This document shows positions 27,391 through 39,999 of a DNA stretch of 64,000 nt, piece by piece; the first letter of the stretch is position 1; each line of letters opens with the position of its first letter. A model generated the notes under the pieces. That model worked only from the letters and a program-made list of their open reading frames with translations, had not been told where the DNA came from and did no database searches. A program made the translations under genes and the position numbers. The DNA lies in NCBI RefSeq assembly GCF_009914755.1, contig NC_060932.1; one strand, 5' to 3'. This DNA comes from the human T2T-CHM13v2.0 reference genome, Homo sapiens.

Positions 27391-30140
27391 TTCATAAAAC
27401 CTATAGCCCCCTTCCCCCAGCCGACTTCCCCTTCCTTAGCTTTAAGATTCTGCTAAAAGGGGCAGCAATTCTGCTTCAGTTTCTCCAGAGAATGTCCCTC
27501 CTACCTGCTGGGCCAGCAGTGTTCCCAGGCAGGCTGCTGCCTGTGTCCTGCCTTTCCCACACAGGCCCACCCTCTCTGGCTGATGACCCAGCTTCTTCTG
27601 CTCTGGCAATGGAAGGAGCTGGTCACGAAGAACCCGGCCACGGCACCTGGCTGACTTCAGAGGTTGGCAGGGCAAATGCCCCGCAGATTAAAGAAGTCAT
27701 TTCCTTACTCGAAGCGGAGGCTTGCCCTAAACGCAGGCCTTGACGGGTGGTTCACAGGCAGGGCACTGTGCTGCCCCTTCCCAGACGTGGCCTTCCCAGC
27801 AGAACAGGCAGGAAAGAGGCATTTCCAGAAGCAGCTGCGGCCACCAAAGAAGGGCCGCTGCTAATGTGCAGTGTGGACTTTCTCATGAGGAGAGCTGAGA
27901 GGTGTGCCCGTCATTGGACTGACTGATTTCAGCTTCCTTCCGCTTCAGGAGCAGGAGGGGCCGGGAATGAACTTGAGTGTGGGGGAGGGGAGGCAGGGCC
28001 ACCCTGGTGTTATTCCTGGGTATGGCTACTGAAAGTCAGGAGGGATCAGAAACATGAGAGCCCCTGGTGAGGAGGTGCCTTGGCGGTGGAGGAAACGCAG
28101 GCTTTCCTGTGGCATGACCTGTGTGCAAATCGCTACCCAACCCCTACCAGCCACGTGGCTTTGGTAACCATGTGACACTGGGCAAGTCATGGAGCCCTGT
28201 GTGGGCCTCTGGAACGAAGCAGGGTGAGAAACTCCGGTGCATAGAGTTGTTGTAAGACTGAGGTGAGGTTCTGTGTACCCAGCGCCCACCAGAGCCTGTC
28301 ACAGTGGGAGCTGAGTCACAAGGGACTCTGCTTGCTGGTGGTGTGGTTAGTGCCACCTGCTAGGCTTGGCCAGGCAAGAACGTCAGTCAAGGTTAGGTAT
28401 TCTTGCATGATGGTGCCTACACCAGCTGGCAGCAGAAACCTGACGCAACTCCATAGCTGCAAATGGAGATCCAGGGAAGGCTCCACGGACCATAGAGGGC
28501 TGTGTCGGGAGCAGTGAGTCTGACATTCCTAATGACCTAGGACAATGACGTGTGTGTTCACCACGTGACATGCACAACTGAGAGACAGAGCTGGCTTTCT
28601 GAGGAAGGGGGGCGGGCACAGCTGCAAGGCACGGGGGACCCCTCCACCGCCAGCAGGCAGGCGGAACGTGGCGTCTGGCGAATGGCAGGGAAGCCGCCCT
28701 CCATGACGCTGAGTCCTCAGGACCAGTGCACTAGTGGGGACGTTGTCGCCCCATCTCACAGCTGAGGGAGTTGAAGCCAGAGAGTGTGGCTTATCCATGG
28801 TCTACCAGGAGTACAGGCAGAGTAGCCTGAACTTGGAGTCCTGCCTGGCAGGCTGCAAAGCTCTTGGTATTTCCATCCCTCCTTGCCATGTCCAAGTTCA
28901 CGAGAGGGATCTCACACCCGAGAGATACAGGCACTGTCATCATCAGGCGCATTTCAGGATGTAAACCGCAGCTCAGAAAACAAGTCATTTGCCCCAGTAG
29001 CGGGGCTGTTGCTGGGAGCCAGCTCTCCCAGGTTCTGAGTCCAATGTTTTCCCCACCACCCCGTGGCAGTCATTAAATAGGCGATTTCTATCCCACCTGT
29101 TGAGGATTTATTTCATGCCGGTGCTGACTCGCCTGGACAGGGAAGCCCAGATGCCAAAGGTGAAGATTTCAAAGGTGAAAGTGCCCCCCATGGAGTGGGC
29201 ATCAGACTCGTTGGCAGGTTTCTGTTGACTGGGTTTTCGCTGTTAATGAATGCGACCTTGGGTGAATCACCTCTCCTCTTGGAGCCTTGGACTAGAGCAC
29301 TGGTTTTTAAATAGGGGAGTTGGAGGCAATAGGGGTGAAAGCACCCTCAAATCCTCCCCCATCTGACCAGCTCCTCTGACCTCCTCACCCACTTCGAGCA
29401 GAACAGAGATGCTTTTTACGTGTTTTACATACTGCGTTGTGCACACATTGCCTTTGATTAATAAATTTCTGAAGTCACTGAGCCAAGGAACCTGGCAGGT
29501 CCTCCGGGGCTCCGCTGCTCTGCGACTCTGCAGCAAGCATCCTCGCCGCCGTCCAGCCTTCCCTCCTGCGCCCCATTGTGTCACTGTGATGGCGCGCACG
29601 TTCGCCCGTGCTGTGCGTGGATGCACGGATGGATGTCTAATATCTATTCATCTAGGTATCTATTTTTGTATCCACGAGACATCCTCACTAATAAACCTGG
29701 GGACAGTGGGGAAAGCAGCAAGAAAGGCCAATCAGTGCTGCTGCTGTAAAGCGATCAAGTCCCAAAGGACAGCAGACAAGAGACACTGCTGCCAAATCTG
29801 CTTTCTTTAATTAAGGCGGAGATTGATAAGAGCTGTCAGAGTGAAATGAAGAGACTCCAGGCCTCACTGCTTTGCCAAGACATGAGAGGGAAAGCTGAAG
29901 ATTAAAAAACAAAAAAAAAAAAAGCTTCCCTAGAAAGCCCACAGAATCCGTTACAAAAAGGATGAGGCTCCGAGGACGGCAGAGAGTGCAAGAATCACCA
30001 CCCCAATCAGCAGTGGAGGATGTGGCCTGAGCTTGCCAGCTGTTTGGACAGGTTATATATATCTATATCTACCTACCCATCTATCTATCATAAATGCTAT
30101 TTTCCACCAAGGAAAGCTGGGTGTAGCACAAAGGGAAGCA

Positions 30141-30445
<305 letters not shown>

Positions 30446-32059
30446 AAAGGGAAGCAGTTCTGAAAGAAGAACCAGCTCTCCATCTCAGACCCCGGAGCGG
30501 GACCGATCCTGGTTCTGACCCTGCGCCCGGCACTCGATGTGTGTGTTTCCTGCAATTCTCCCCAGGGGCAAGTGCATGGGAAGCCGCTGGGGGGACCTGG
30601 AGGAGAAAGAGCTTCCATGAGCAAGCTCAAGGTTCGGGAGGGAGGTAGGGCCCAGCCCAGGCCTGCATGAAGCCCAACTGCTCCCCTGCAGCAATGCAGA
30701 TGCTGCCGCCACACGGGGCAACTGAGGGAGACTGAAAACTCACACGATTCATCCCAAGTCCAAAAAGAACTGAAGAGAGATGGGCGTGGCTTCCCGAGAG
30801 TCATTTGGGACATTCTGTGGAATTCCCAGGAGCAGACACCAAGGCTCCACAAAATCTCAGCATGCATGCAATTAGTTATGGGAAGAAACAGTGCTCTTTC
30901 AGGAGGATGCTTCTAATTGGAGATACTTCATTCTGTAAGCTAAAAAATAGGATCTTTATAAACCCTCGATGTTTGCCATCATTGCCAGAAACAATGAGAT
31001 ACGATGGTACCCCATCACCTCCAGGGAGGTCAGAAAGGCTTGATGTGAACGGCTCCTTCTGTCTCTGTGGGTTTGTCGTTGTTGTTGTTAAAAAAGGAAA
31101 TGACAAGGAGGACTTGTCTTGAACCCAGAACCCAGAACCTAGCGATCTGGGTTCAAGTCCTGCTTGCTTGTGAGACCTGGAACAAGGAACAGGACCTGTA
31201 CAGGTGACAGTTAGGTTTTAATAGTCTATGCACCGGTGGTGTTAGTTCAGGGAACAAACCAGGAAGTGAACAGAGAAACCCTCGGTAAACTTCAAAGCTC
31301 AAGATAATACATCTGCAAAGCCTAGAAAGGCTGGACTACGGTTCTTACCATCACCGTGACACACATGCAAGAGCCCTCCTGCTGCCGCTGTTCACGCCAG
31401 CTGGGGGACGTGCTTCACTCTGTGACACCCTGTCGAGGCAGCACGGTAACCAGAGGCACCACCCCCAGTGCACAGCTGCCACGGGGCAGGGTCTTCCGGC
31501 TCCCACCTGACAGCCCACCACAGCCCCCAACGGCACTTCAAAAAGGCCCCTGTCCTCCCATAGCCATCTGTCCAAGGCAAAGCTAGCAACTGGATGGGAC
31601 CAAAGAGGAACTCTGAGGGGTACTTCTTGCCATGGCAGGAACTCAACAACACGCTCCCCCACCAGCCCCCTGAAGGCTCACGTGCCCAGGGAGGGCCTTG
31701 CCTGCACTGCCTCGGTCTGCTCTCACTGGGTGGCCTCGCAGAGACCCATGGAGTGGGACTGGCCCCCTGAAGGCAGGCCTGTCTCCAGCCCAAGGCGTTT
31801 CTGAGCTGCTGAGTCCTAGCTCTGTCCACGCACATCTTTGGCACACCCACGTGGCTGTCCCCTGCCATTTCCCCACACCCCTGGTCTCTCGTCCTTCCAG
31901 GCACCCAACCCAGATGCCAGGAGCCCCTCGGCCCTCCTCTGTGCTCCCCGCTTCTCACTTGCCACCGAGATTCTCCTTCCAGAGTCCATCCAGTCGGCCC
32001 ATGTCTGTCTGTCCACAGGGCTGGCATGGCAGTTCAGGCCAGCAGGAGCTCCTGGCCCG

Positions 32060-32583
32060 GTGGCTACACTGTCTTCTCACAGCTCGCCCATCTCTAACCA
32101 TGTTGTCCCCTCTTCTGGCCCAGGCTGCAGGCTCCTTCCACACTGCACATCTGATCACACCACCCAAAGCCTTCGACGCCCCTGCTTCCAGGACAGAGTC
32201 TAAAGGGCTCGCTGCACCCACAGGCCTCCACACCAGGACTCTTCTCTCTCTTTGTGGAATTCTCCCAGTTCCCCACAGCCACAGCCCCAAACCCCTGGAT
32301 GCACCGCTCTCCATCCGTGACTTGCCTCTTCTTGTGACTGGATAGCTCTTCCTCATCCTGCAGGTCTCAGCTGAAACATCTCCTCCTCCAGGAGGCTTCC
32401 CCTGCCCCGTGTGCTGGGCACACGCACCTGCCTTTACCTGTTCTCCCACTTGGCACACATCGCTGAAGTGTGACATCCTTATGGCTTTTCTTCCCTGCTG
32501 GACTGCAAGCTCTGGGGGCACAGGAGTCACATCTGTCATGCTTACCATCAGAACCCGAAACACGAACAAGCAAACATGAATAA
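32060..32583 (+). mobile_element. L2 LINE 3' relic
   Basis: 'tcatcctgcaggtctcagctgaaacatctcctcctccaggaggcttccc' and 'ctggactgcaagctc...gcacagg'. Edges approximate. Confidence 0.6.
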
Positions 32584-33351
32584 CTTAGGCCATGACCTCT
32601 GGGGCATGTGGGGTGGCACCATGACTGAGCGGGGAGTGAGCCTGGGCCATGGAAGGGCCCTTTCTGGTGTGGGCCATTTTCATGGGCTGCTCGGAGCCCC
32701 CCAAGGAAGAGAATGTGGGAGCCTCTGAACCACCCTGGCGGGGCTCCTTGGCCGCAGAGTTAGTCCACTTTCCTTCAGGGCCAGGCCTCTCCAGGAAGAG
32801 GCTGCTGCTGTGATGACGGGGGGGTGGCAAGGTTACCGAGGAGGCCTGCCAGCCTCTGGGAGGAGGAGGAGCAGCCTCATGGAACACTCTTGACCGCATC
32901 AAAGGTATTTTTCTGGCTGCCTCTGACAGACAGGCTCTCTAAATGAGGCCTGATGTCCAGGGCTTGCCTAGGAACTTATACATCGGTTTTCTTCCTCCTG
33001 CTGCTCTCCCGTCCAGCCCTGCTGTGGAGAGGCCCAGGGCCTCACCTGGATGTTACCAGGAGTGTAGCTGAGGATCCAGGTCAGCTGATGTGCAGCAAGA
33101 GGGACACACCAGGGGGCAAAATCCACATGGCCACGCTGGGAGGGGTGGAATTCTCCCTTTTCACAAGGGAAGGCCCTATTTAGAAGATGCATCTCCTGAA
33201 TAACGCCAGACGGTATCCTAGGGTGGCTCAGCCCCTGCCTCTCCCTCAGGGTGCATCTTTGGCCAGATAACCCTCCCAGGTCTGACTGCTGGGCCTAGCA
33301 CTGTGCTTGTCCGGGACGTGGCACAGGCCTGGGCCCAGGCACTCGCTACTT

Positions 33352-33720
33352 CACACATTCAGCAAATGCTGAGCACCTGCCACGCTAGACACTATGCTCA
33401 GCACCAGGGACATTCTCAGGGGATGTGAGCATCATGGACATGCCATCATGGAGACCACTCTGGAATGAGACACCGGGGGCTGGGCAGTGAATGCAGCAGA
33501 ACGGGATCCAGGTGGAGGGGTCCTATGCAGCCCCAGGGCAGGGATGGCTTTCGACAAGCCAAGTCCATGCTGTGGGAGGGGACAGACAGGCCACCAGGTA
33601 GTGAGGGGCTGACAGGCCGTCTCTGCGGGGATGCGGACAGTGGGGAAGAAATGGCGGGCTCAAGAAAGGTTCTCAGGGGAGTAGACAGTAGGGTCAATGA
33701 TTTTGGCCTCTGTGAAGGGA
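33352..33720 (-). mobile_element. L2 relic
   Basis: 'cattcagcaaatgctgagcacctgccacgctagacactatgctcagcaccaggga'. Right edge uncertain. Confidence 0.5.
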
Positions 33721-35119
33721 CTCAGCAGAGAGGAGACTGATCCCTCCTCATTAGTCATGTTCGGAACCCACAGTAACTGCTCCCCGAAAGCGGATGCTCA
33801 TGGCGCATTCCTTCTTCCCACTGCTTGTTTCCTAGGGGCGCCTACTCATCCTTCAGGTCACAGCTGAAATGCCGCTGCCTCCAGCTCTGCTGGGTGCTGC
33901 CTCCAAGTTCAAAGAATGTTCCAGGGTGAGCAAACGGACCATCCAAAGGGAGAGTGGGCATGGCCTATTCCGGAGACAGAAAGTGCCAGCCGGTGCCAGG
34001 CACTGGGACAGCGACACAAACAAATGGCCTCTCCCTTCCGGATGCCTGCTTTCACGGCAGTTTTCTACGTTGTAGCCAACAGACTTCACTTTCTGAGACT
34101 GTGTTCCAAAGAAACCCTGGCTATTAACAATGACTTTATTTCTGTAGTGAGAGCCACAGAGGGTAGTTATTTTCCACCAAAAGCACAGTAAATGAAATGT
34201 TCGGCCAGTCTGGGCACCACCAGAGAGTCTGTACTAAATTCCCCTGGACTGTGCAGTCCATCCCACGGCCTGGCAGAGCAGGCCCAGGAGATGTGAACCA
34301 CACAAAGCAGACCTTATTACTGCCACGCCTCTCCTCAGAGAGGGCTCTGCTGTGACACTGTGGCTGCGGCGGCCCTGGCCTCCCCTGCAGGGAGGTGGCT
34401 TGCAATGGCCACTCCTCTCAGATGCTGAGGAACAGCTGAGGAGCGGGGAAACTTCTGCCGCTTTCATGTCCCCTCACTCATTCATTTTTCACTGGTTCCA
34501 GTAGAATTGATTCTAATCTCCTATGGATCAGGAGTGATCCTGGATTCGGGGAATGTGAGTTGATTCCATTGAGACTCAAATGCTTAAATCTTCATGGCAA
34601 AGGCACCATGTGAACGGGGCCTGGAAGGAGGCAAAGGAACTAACTTAGCAGCGGTGGACGTTGATGAGGAAACTGCACGACTCAAATTGGAGGTCGGCGA
34701 GGGTAGCGTGTTCCTGGAGAACAGACCAGAAACGCAGCCTGACCCTAAACCCTAGTGGGCCTTCAACACACCAACGGGGATTCTGCACTGGACAGTCGGG
34801 CCAGGAGGGTGGCGGTTTCCACGCGTGGGAGGTTTCTCAGCAATGCAGTGGCACAGTCCACACTCTCACAGTCTTTACTGGCCTTGCCCATTCTCGGATG
34901 TGTCAATCAACAGGCACATCCAGCCTGCCCCGCCCACAGCCCAGGGTCGCTCACCAAGGCCTGGCTGCCTCTGGTAGGCTTGTCCTTCCCTTGTGCCCAT
35001 GAACAGAGTTTTCTGCTACTTTCTATGGCTGCCTCACTCTGACATTCCTGTAGCCAGCCCTTCTAGGGTGCTTGGAAGGGTAGGATCTGATGCCTCGGGT
35101 CTGGGAGGTACAAAGGGAT

Positions 35120-35548
35120 ATGTTAGTTTCCTATTGCTGTGGTTTGAAGCAAGACAAATTCACTGTCTTGAAATTCTAGAGCTAGAAGTATGAAAGCGGC
35201 CTCGCCTGGTTAAAATCAGGATGCTGGCAGGACCGCATTCCTCCTGGAAGCTCCAGGGAAACATCTACCCCTCGCTTGCCTTTTCCTGCTGAGGGATTTC
35301 CCACATCCCCTCGCCCCCGGCTCCTTCTTGTGGTCCTTCTCACATCGCATCACTCCGCCCTCCTCTTCTGCCTCCCTCTTCTCCTCTGAAAGGACCTTCG
35401 TGATTACCCTGGGCTTGAAGGTCAGCTGCTTAGTAACTACCTGCACCTGCAACCCTAATTGCCTTTTGCCATGTAAGGTACCATATTTGCAGGTTCTGGG
35501 GTTGGGTTGTGGACATCTTGGGGGCTCTTGCTTGCTCTGCCTAGCACA
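35120..35548 (-). mobile_element. MLT1D-like MaLR solo LTR
   Basis: Starts 'tatgttagtttcctattgctg' and ends 'ttgccatgtaagg...ctgcctagcaca'. Confidence 0.82.
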
Positions 35549-37605
35549 TGGGGGCACAGGAGCCTGCTGGTGGGGGCCGGCGGGCCTCACTGCTGCGCTG
35601 TTTCTTCCCTGTCTCCCCCAGCGTGCCTGCTTGTCTGGCAGAAGCAGCTGACCCCTGAAGTCAGGCAGCACGGAAATGACTGTGCTCATGGTCAACACAC
35701 CTGCCGAGTGCAGGCTCTGGCCAATCCATCCCAGGGCAAGGCTGGCCAGGTAGGGAGGGTGGTGCTGCTGACAGCCTCCTCTGTCCCTGGTGTGGTCACA
35801 GGCACCTCATGGATGCAGGAGCTCCTGGTGCAGGCAGAATTCGCAGAACCCACAGTGCTCACAGTAGGGAGCCGATGGGAGGCACCCCCATGCTGGGCCC
35901 TGCCCACTCACGAGGAGCTCACTGGCTGGTGGGGGACCCAGCCCCCTAAAGCACCCCAAGGCCAAGTGACAGAGTTCCAGGACGAAGCCACCACCCACTG
36001 GGGAGCAGCCCCAGCTGCCTGCACAACACAGGGAACTTCTGAAAGACAAGCCACAGGACAATGTCCAGGTTTACTAGACAGGGCAGGAGGGAAGCTGGGG
36101 ACCTGGGGTGGAGAGGACTGAGCAAGTGAAGACCGGGGACATGGGAGAGCCCAGACCGCTTTGGAAAACACAGCAGTGTGAGTCCAGCTGAAAGGGGCTT
36201 TGAAATGAGGAAAGAGAACTCAGCAGAGGCCGGTCCATGAGGCCCTTGCATTAGAAACTAGGAACTCTGCACTGGACTTTTGGCCACTGGTCAGAGCTGT
36301 GCTTTTAAAACACTGTCCTGGCATCAACCTGGCCAATTTGCAGCCTCTCTTTTGACAGCTGCAGGGAGAGTTAATTTCACTGCCTCTTGAAATGTTGCTG
36401 CTGCTGGCCTTGGGGATTTTTCTCCTCCTCCACCTGCTTTTTAAACAGTCTAGGCCCAGAGCTTCCCACCTGTGGAAACTTGCTCTAGAATTTCCACTGC
36501 TGTCCAGCTCTTTGTCCTGAGGAGAAGGCTTCCAGCCAGGCCTCCGCACTCCACATTCAAAGTGAACAGCAAGAGTTTCTAAGGGAAAAAACAAACCCTA
36601 CTTCTAACTCTTGTCAAAGCAGATACTGGCTTCGATCGCACAGACATCCCCCACTGACACCAGCTTCACAGCAGCCCTGACAAATAAACACAGTCGGCAG
36701 GCGATTCATCACATTTGTAAATTGAATCAACATCCGCTCTCGCCTTCGTGCCCGGGGCCATGATCACAGCATGGCCCCCGCCTGAGAAGGCTGGACTCCC
36801 ATGGAGGAGGGGCTGGCAGGGGGTGGGGAGGGGGCGGGCCTGTGGCACAGAGAAGTGTCCCTCCAACGCCCTGTCCTGCTGTTTGCTGTCCTGCCCATAG
36901 ACGGGCTCAGGGTGCTGGCCATTGTGCTTCTGGGAGGGCATCCTGGTCAGCTGGTGGGTCCTCCGAGTTCTGCACTTACAGTCACTAATGTAGCAGCTGC
37001 ACTGCCAGGTCCTACAACCGGGTTTCATTTCATGTCACCCCTCTAATCTTAAGCAGATTTTCATCGCACAGATGAGGAAGCTGAGGTCCGGGCAGGTGAA
37101 GGAACAGTACGTGGCAGGCTGGGCATACCTTGCCAGATGCTTCCAGCCAACCTGGCCTGCCCCAGCCACTGCCCAGCCCCAGGCCTGGTGGTCCAGATAG
37201 AGGCAGCTGAAGGGCGGGGACTGGGCTGTCTTGTTTGTTGGTTTATACCTTATGTGCAATACCATGCCTGGCATATGGTGGGCACTCGACACATAGGGCT
37301 AAGTGGAAGAACACGTGGCATGCTGTAGGCATTTGGGCATCTGCTGAATAAACAGTCATGTGAGGTAAACAAGGCAGAGACCACTGGCCTCGTTTTATGC
37401 ACAGATAAACTGAGGCTCAGAAAAGTGAATTCCCAGAGCCAGCAGGAGGGCGGCAGGGCTGAGACTCGGCCCCGGGGCTGGTCACTGGCTCACTGCTCTC
37501 TGGGACTTCCAGGTGCCTGCAGAACCACAAGGGAGAAGCCTTGAAATGCCCACTTGTGCATCAAGTGAACTTGGACTCCTCTGAATTTCTGTCATTCATA
37601 GCAGG

Positions 37606-38056
37606 TGTGATAGGCAGAACGATCCCTCCCAAAGATCCTGACCCACGGAACCGGTGGACTGGTGTTCTTCCACGGCCAAAGGGGAATTAAGCTCACTTGG
37701 AGACAGGAAGCTCATCCTGAATTATCCAGGTGAGCCCCATGTAATCACCAGGGTCCTTAAAAGTGAAAGAGAGAGGTAGAAACGTCAGAACCAGGGAGGG
37801 GGCATCAAGAGAAAGGCTGGACCAGCCACTGCTGGCTTTGGTGGAAGGGGCCGGGAGCCAAGGAGAGCAGGTGGCCTCTGGAAACCAGAAAAGGCAAGGA
37901 ATGGATCCTCCTCAAGGGCCTCCAGAAGGAATGAGCCCCGTGACACCTCAATTTTAGCCCAGGAGCCCCACTTCTGACTCTGCCCTCTGGCACTGCATGA
38001 GAATAAATCTGTGTTGCTTTAAGCCACCATGTGCACGCTGATTCACCAGAGCAGCC
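37606..38056 (+). mobile_element. MLT1D-like MaLR solo LTR
   Basis: Starts 'tgtgataggcagaa'. Contains 'tgtaatcaccagggtccttaaaagtg' and 'gagaataaatctgtgttgctttaagccacc'. Confidence 0.88.
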
Positions 38057-39561
38057 TCCAGCCACTGCTGCAGCTGATGAGCTGCGGACTCCAGCGCTGG
38101 GCCCTCACTCCCCATACAGTGCTCTCTAGCTATTCCTTGGCAACCTGAGTGTGGCATATCTCGTCCTGTCCTCCCCACTCAGCTCTGGGTCTCCAGAAGG
38201 CATGGGCTGTGGACTTCTCCAGGCTTCAGCGGCTTCCGAGAGACCCATCTGCAGGCGAGCAGGTGACTATGCTCACCCGCCAGAGTCATAGAGTGGCTTT
38301 CATCAAGGAAACCTCCTCATCGCTAGGAGGACAAATTCAAGGACAGCTGTAGACTCCCAACTCTGTCCCTGCCCTGCTGGTACAGCGCCTCCCCAGCTTC
38401 ACCTTCCTATGTGAAACAGGGCAACCTGAGACCACACCCGGCTGTTGTGAAGGTCATGTCCATTTCTTGGCAGAGTGCCTGGCAGGAGAAGGGGGTCAAA
38501 CCAGGGTGGCCCCCTGCTTTGTCCTCCCCACATGAAATAATTGGGCTCTAAACATGTCACAGGATGAGAGAGAAGGATGAGGCTTTTCTATTTCGTCAAG
38601 ACGTTCCTTCCCTGCTCTTTCTGTGAACAACGGAGGGGCCGTTAATTTTCCAGAAAGGAGAGTATGCAGAGCCCTGTGCAGGGCGGGCAGTGGGTGAGGA
38701 CTGCTCTATGGCTGGGCTGGTCCTGTCTGGACACAAACCACAGACTCTAAATTTTACACCTTAAATTAAGGAAGAGAAAAGGTGGAAGAGAGGCAGGTAA
38801 GAGCAGGAGAGCGGGGAGGAGCTCTGCTGGCATGGACTGCTGGTGGGAGTGGGGACTGGAATAAGCTTTGGGACAGTCTGGGGAAAATAGAATTGTTTTT
38901 CATTTTGTGGAAGGAAGGGCCACCTCATTCACCAGCTAAGCAAGGCCTTTCTCCTGCTTTCTCAGAAGGTCCAAGTTGCTTACAAATGCGATGCCTTTGC
39001 CCGGGGCCCCCAGCTGGCTGCGGCAACCTGCTGGCCAGGCTTGGCCTGAGGGCCTCAGCCACCCCCATGCTCCCAGTTCATCACCCCGTCCCCAGGCCTG
39101 GCACATCCCGTGTCAGCAGCTTGGTGTCCCACTGGGCCATCAGTACCACATCCTCCACACCTTCCCATCCGCCCCCTCTCCAGCCCTGCCCGGATTCATC
39201 GTGGTTTCTTGTGTGTCCCAGCACTCAAGCAACACGGAGCTGAGTTTCTCCAATTTGAGGTAGCTAAGGATGATGTCGCCTTTAAGGAGATACTAGGTTT
39301 GACCCTTGGTTTACCATTTACTGGTTATATGGTTGTATGACTTGGAAAAATTACTTTTTCTGGGTCTCAGGAATGAGGCTAATGCCACCAAGCGTTGTAG
39401 GGTATGGGGAGGGGGAAAGGAGCTGCATGGGGTACAGTGGTGGCCCAGGCTGGCAGTCAATAGAGGCACAAACTCTCGCCTGTGCTCCACTGCATTCCTG
39501 GCCCAGGCCTTTATAAACATATACGGGTTCCATAAAAGCGTACGACATTAAAACGCACTGG

Positions 39562-39999
39562 AGTGCCAGATGGCTAATAGCTTCCTAATATCCACTTTCT
39601 CCCTCCAAAAGAATGGAACCCCAATATTTAGCTGGGCATATTAATGGAGCCCGTACTTCCAGGCTTCCCTTGCAATTGGGTATGGCACTATGACTAAGTC
39701 TGGCCAAGGGATGAAGGGAGAGGGTTTGTGCAAATTCCAGGAGGTCTCCTTACACCGGGGAGGGAGTGCCTTCCTCCTTTCCTCCATGCTCCCCGCAGTG
39801 TGGGAGCAGCTGTCCTGACTCCAGGCTGTGCCCCAGGGCAACGGCAGAGGTACAGTGCAGGTGCCTGGCACTGGTAGGTCACATCAGCTTTGGCCTGTCT
39901 GCCACCCGATTTTAATGTGACGGAGACCTGTGAGCTTTACTGAAGCCACTATTACTCGGGGGTTTCTGCTACTTGCAGCCAAGTAGACCCTAACAGACA
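39562..39999 (+). mobile_element. MLT1J-like MaLR LTR
   Basis: 'ttccaggcttcccttgcaattgggtatggcactatgactaagtctggcca' and 'aagccactattactcgggggg...cttgcagcc'. Confidence 0.72.

Noticed and set aside
29500-29630. CpG island or promoter (also 1680-1780)
   Set aside because: The CpG patches are only ~100-130 bp, too short for an island.
35120-38056. Full MaLR provirus between two MLT1D LTRs
   Set aside because: The LTRs are in opposite orientation and the interval does not look like MLT internal sequence.
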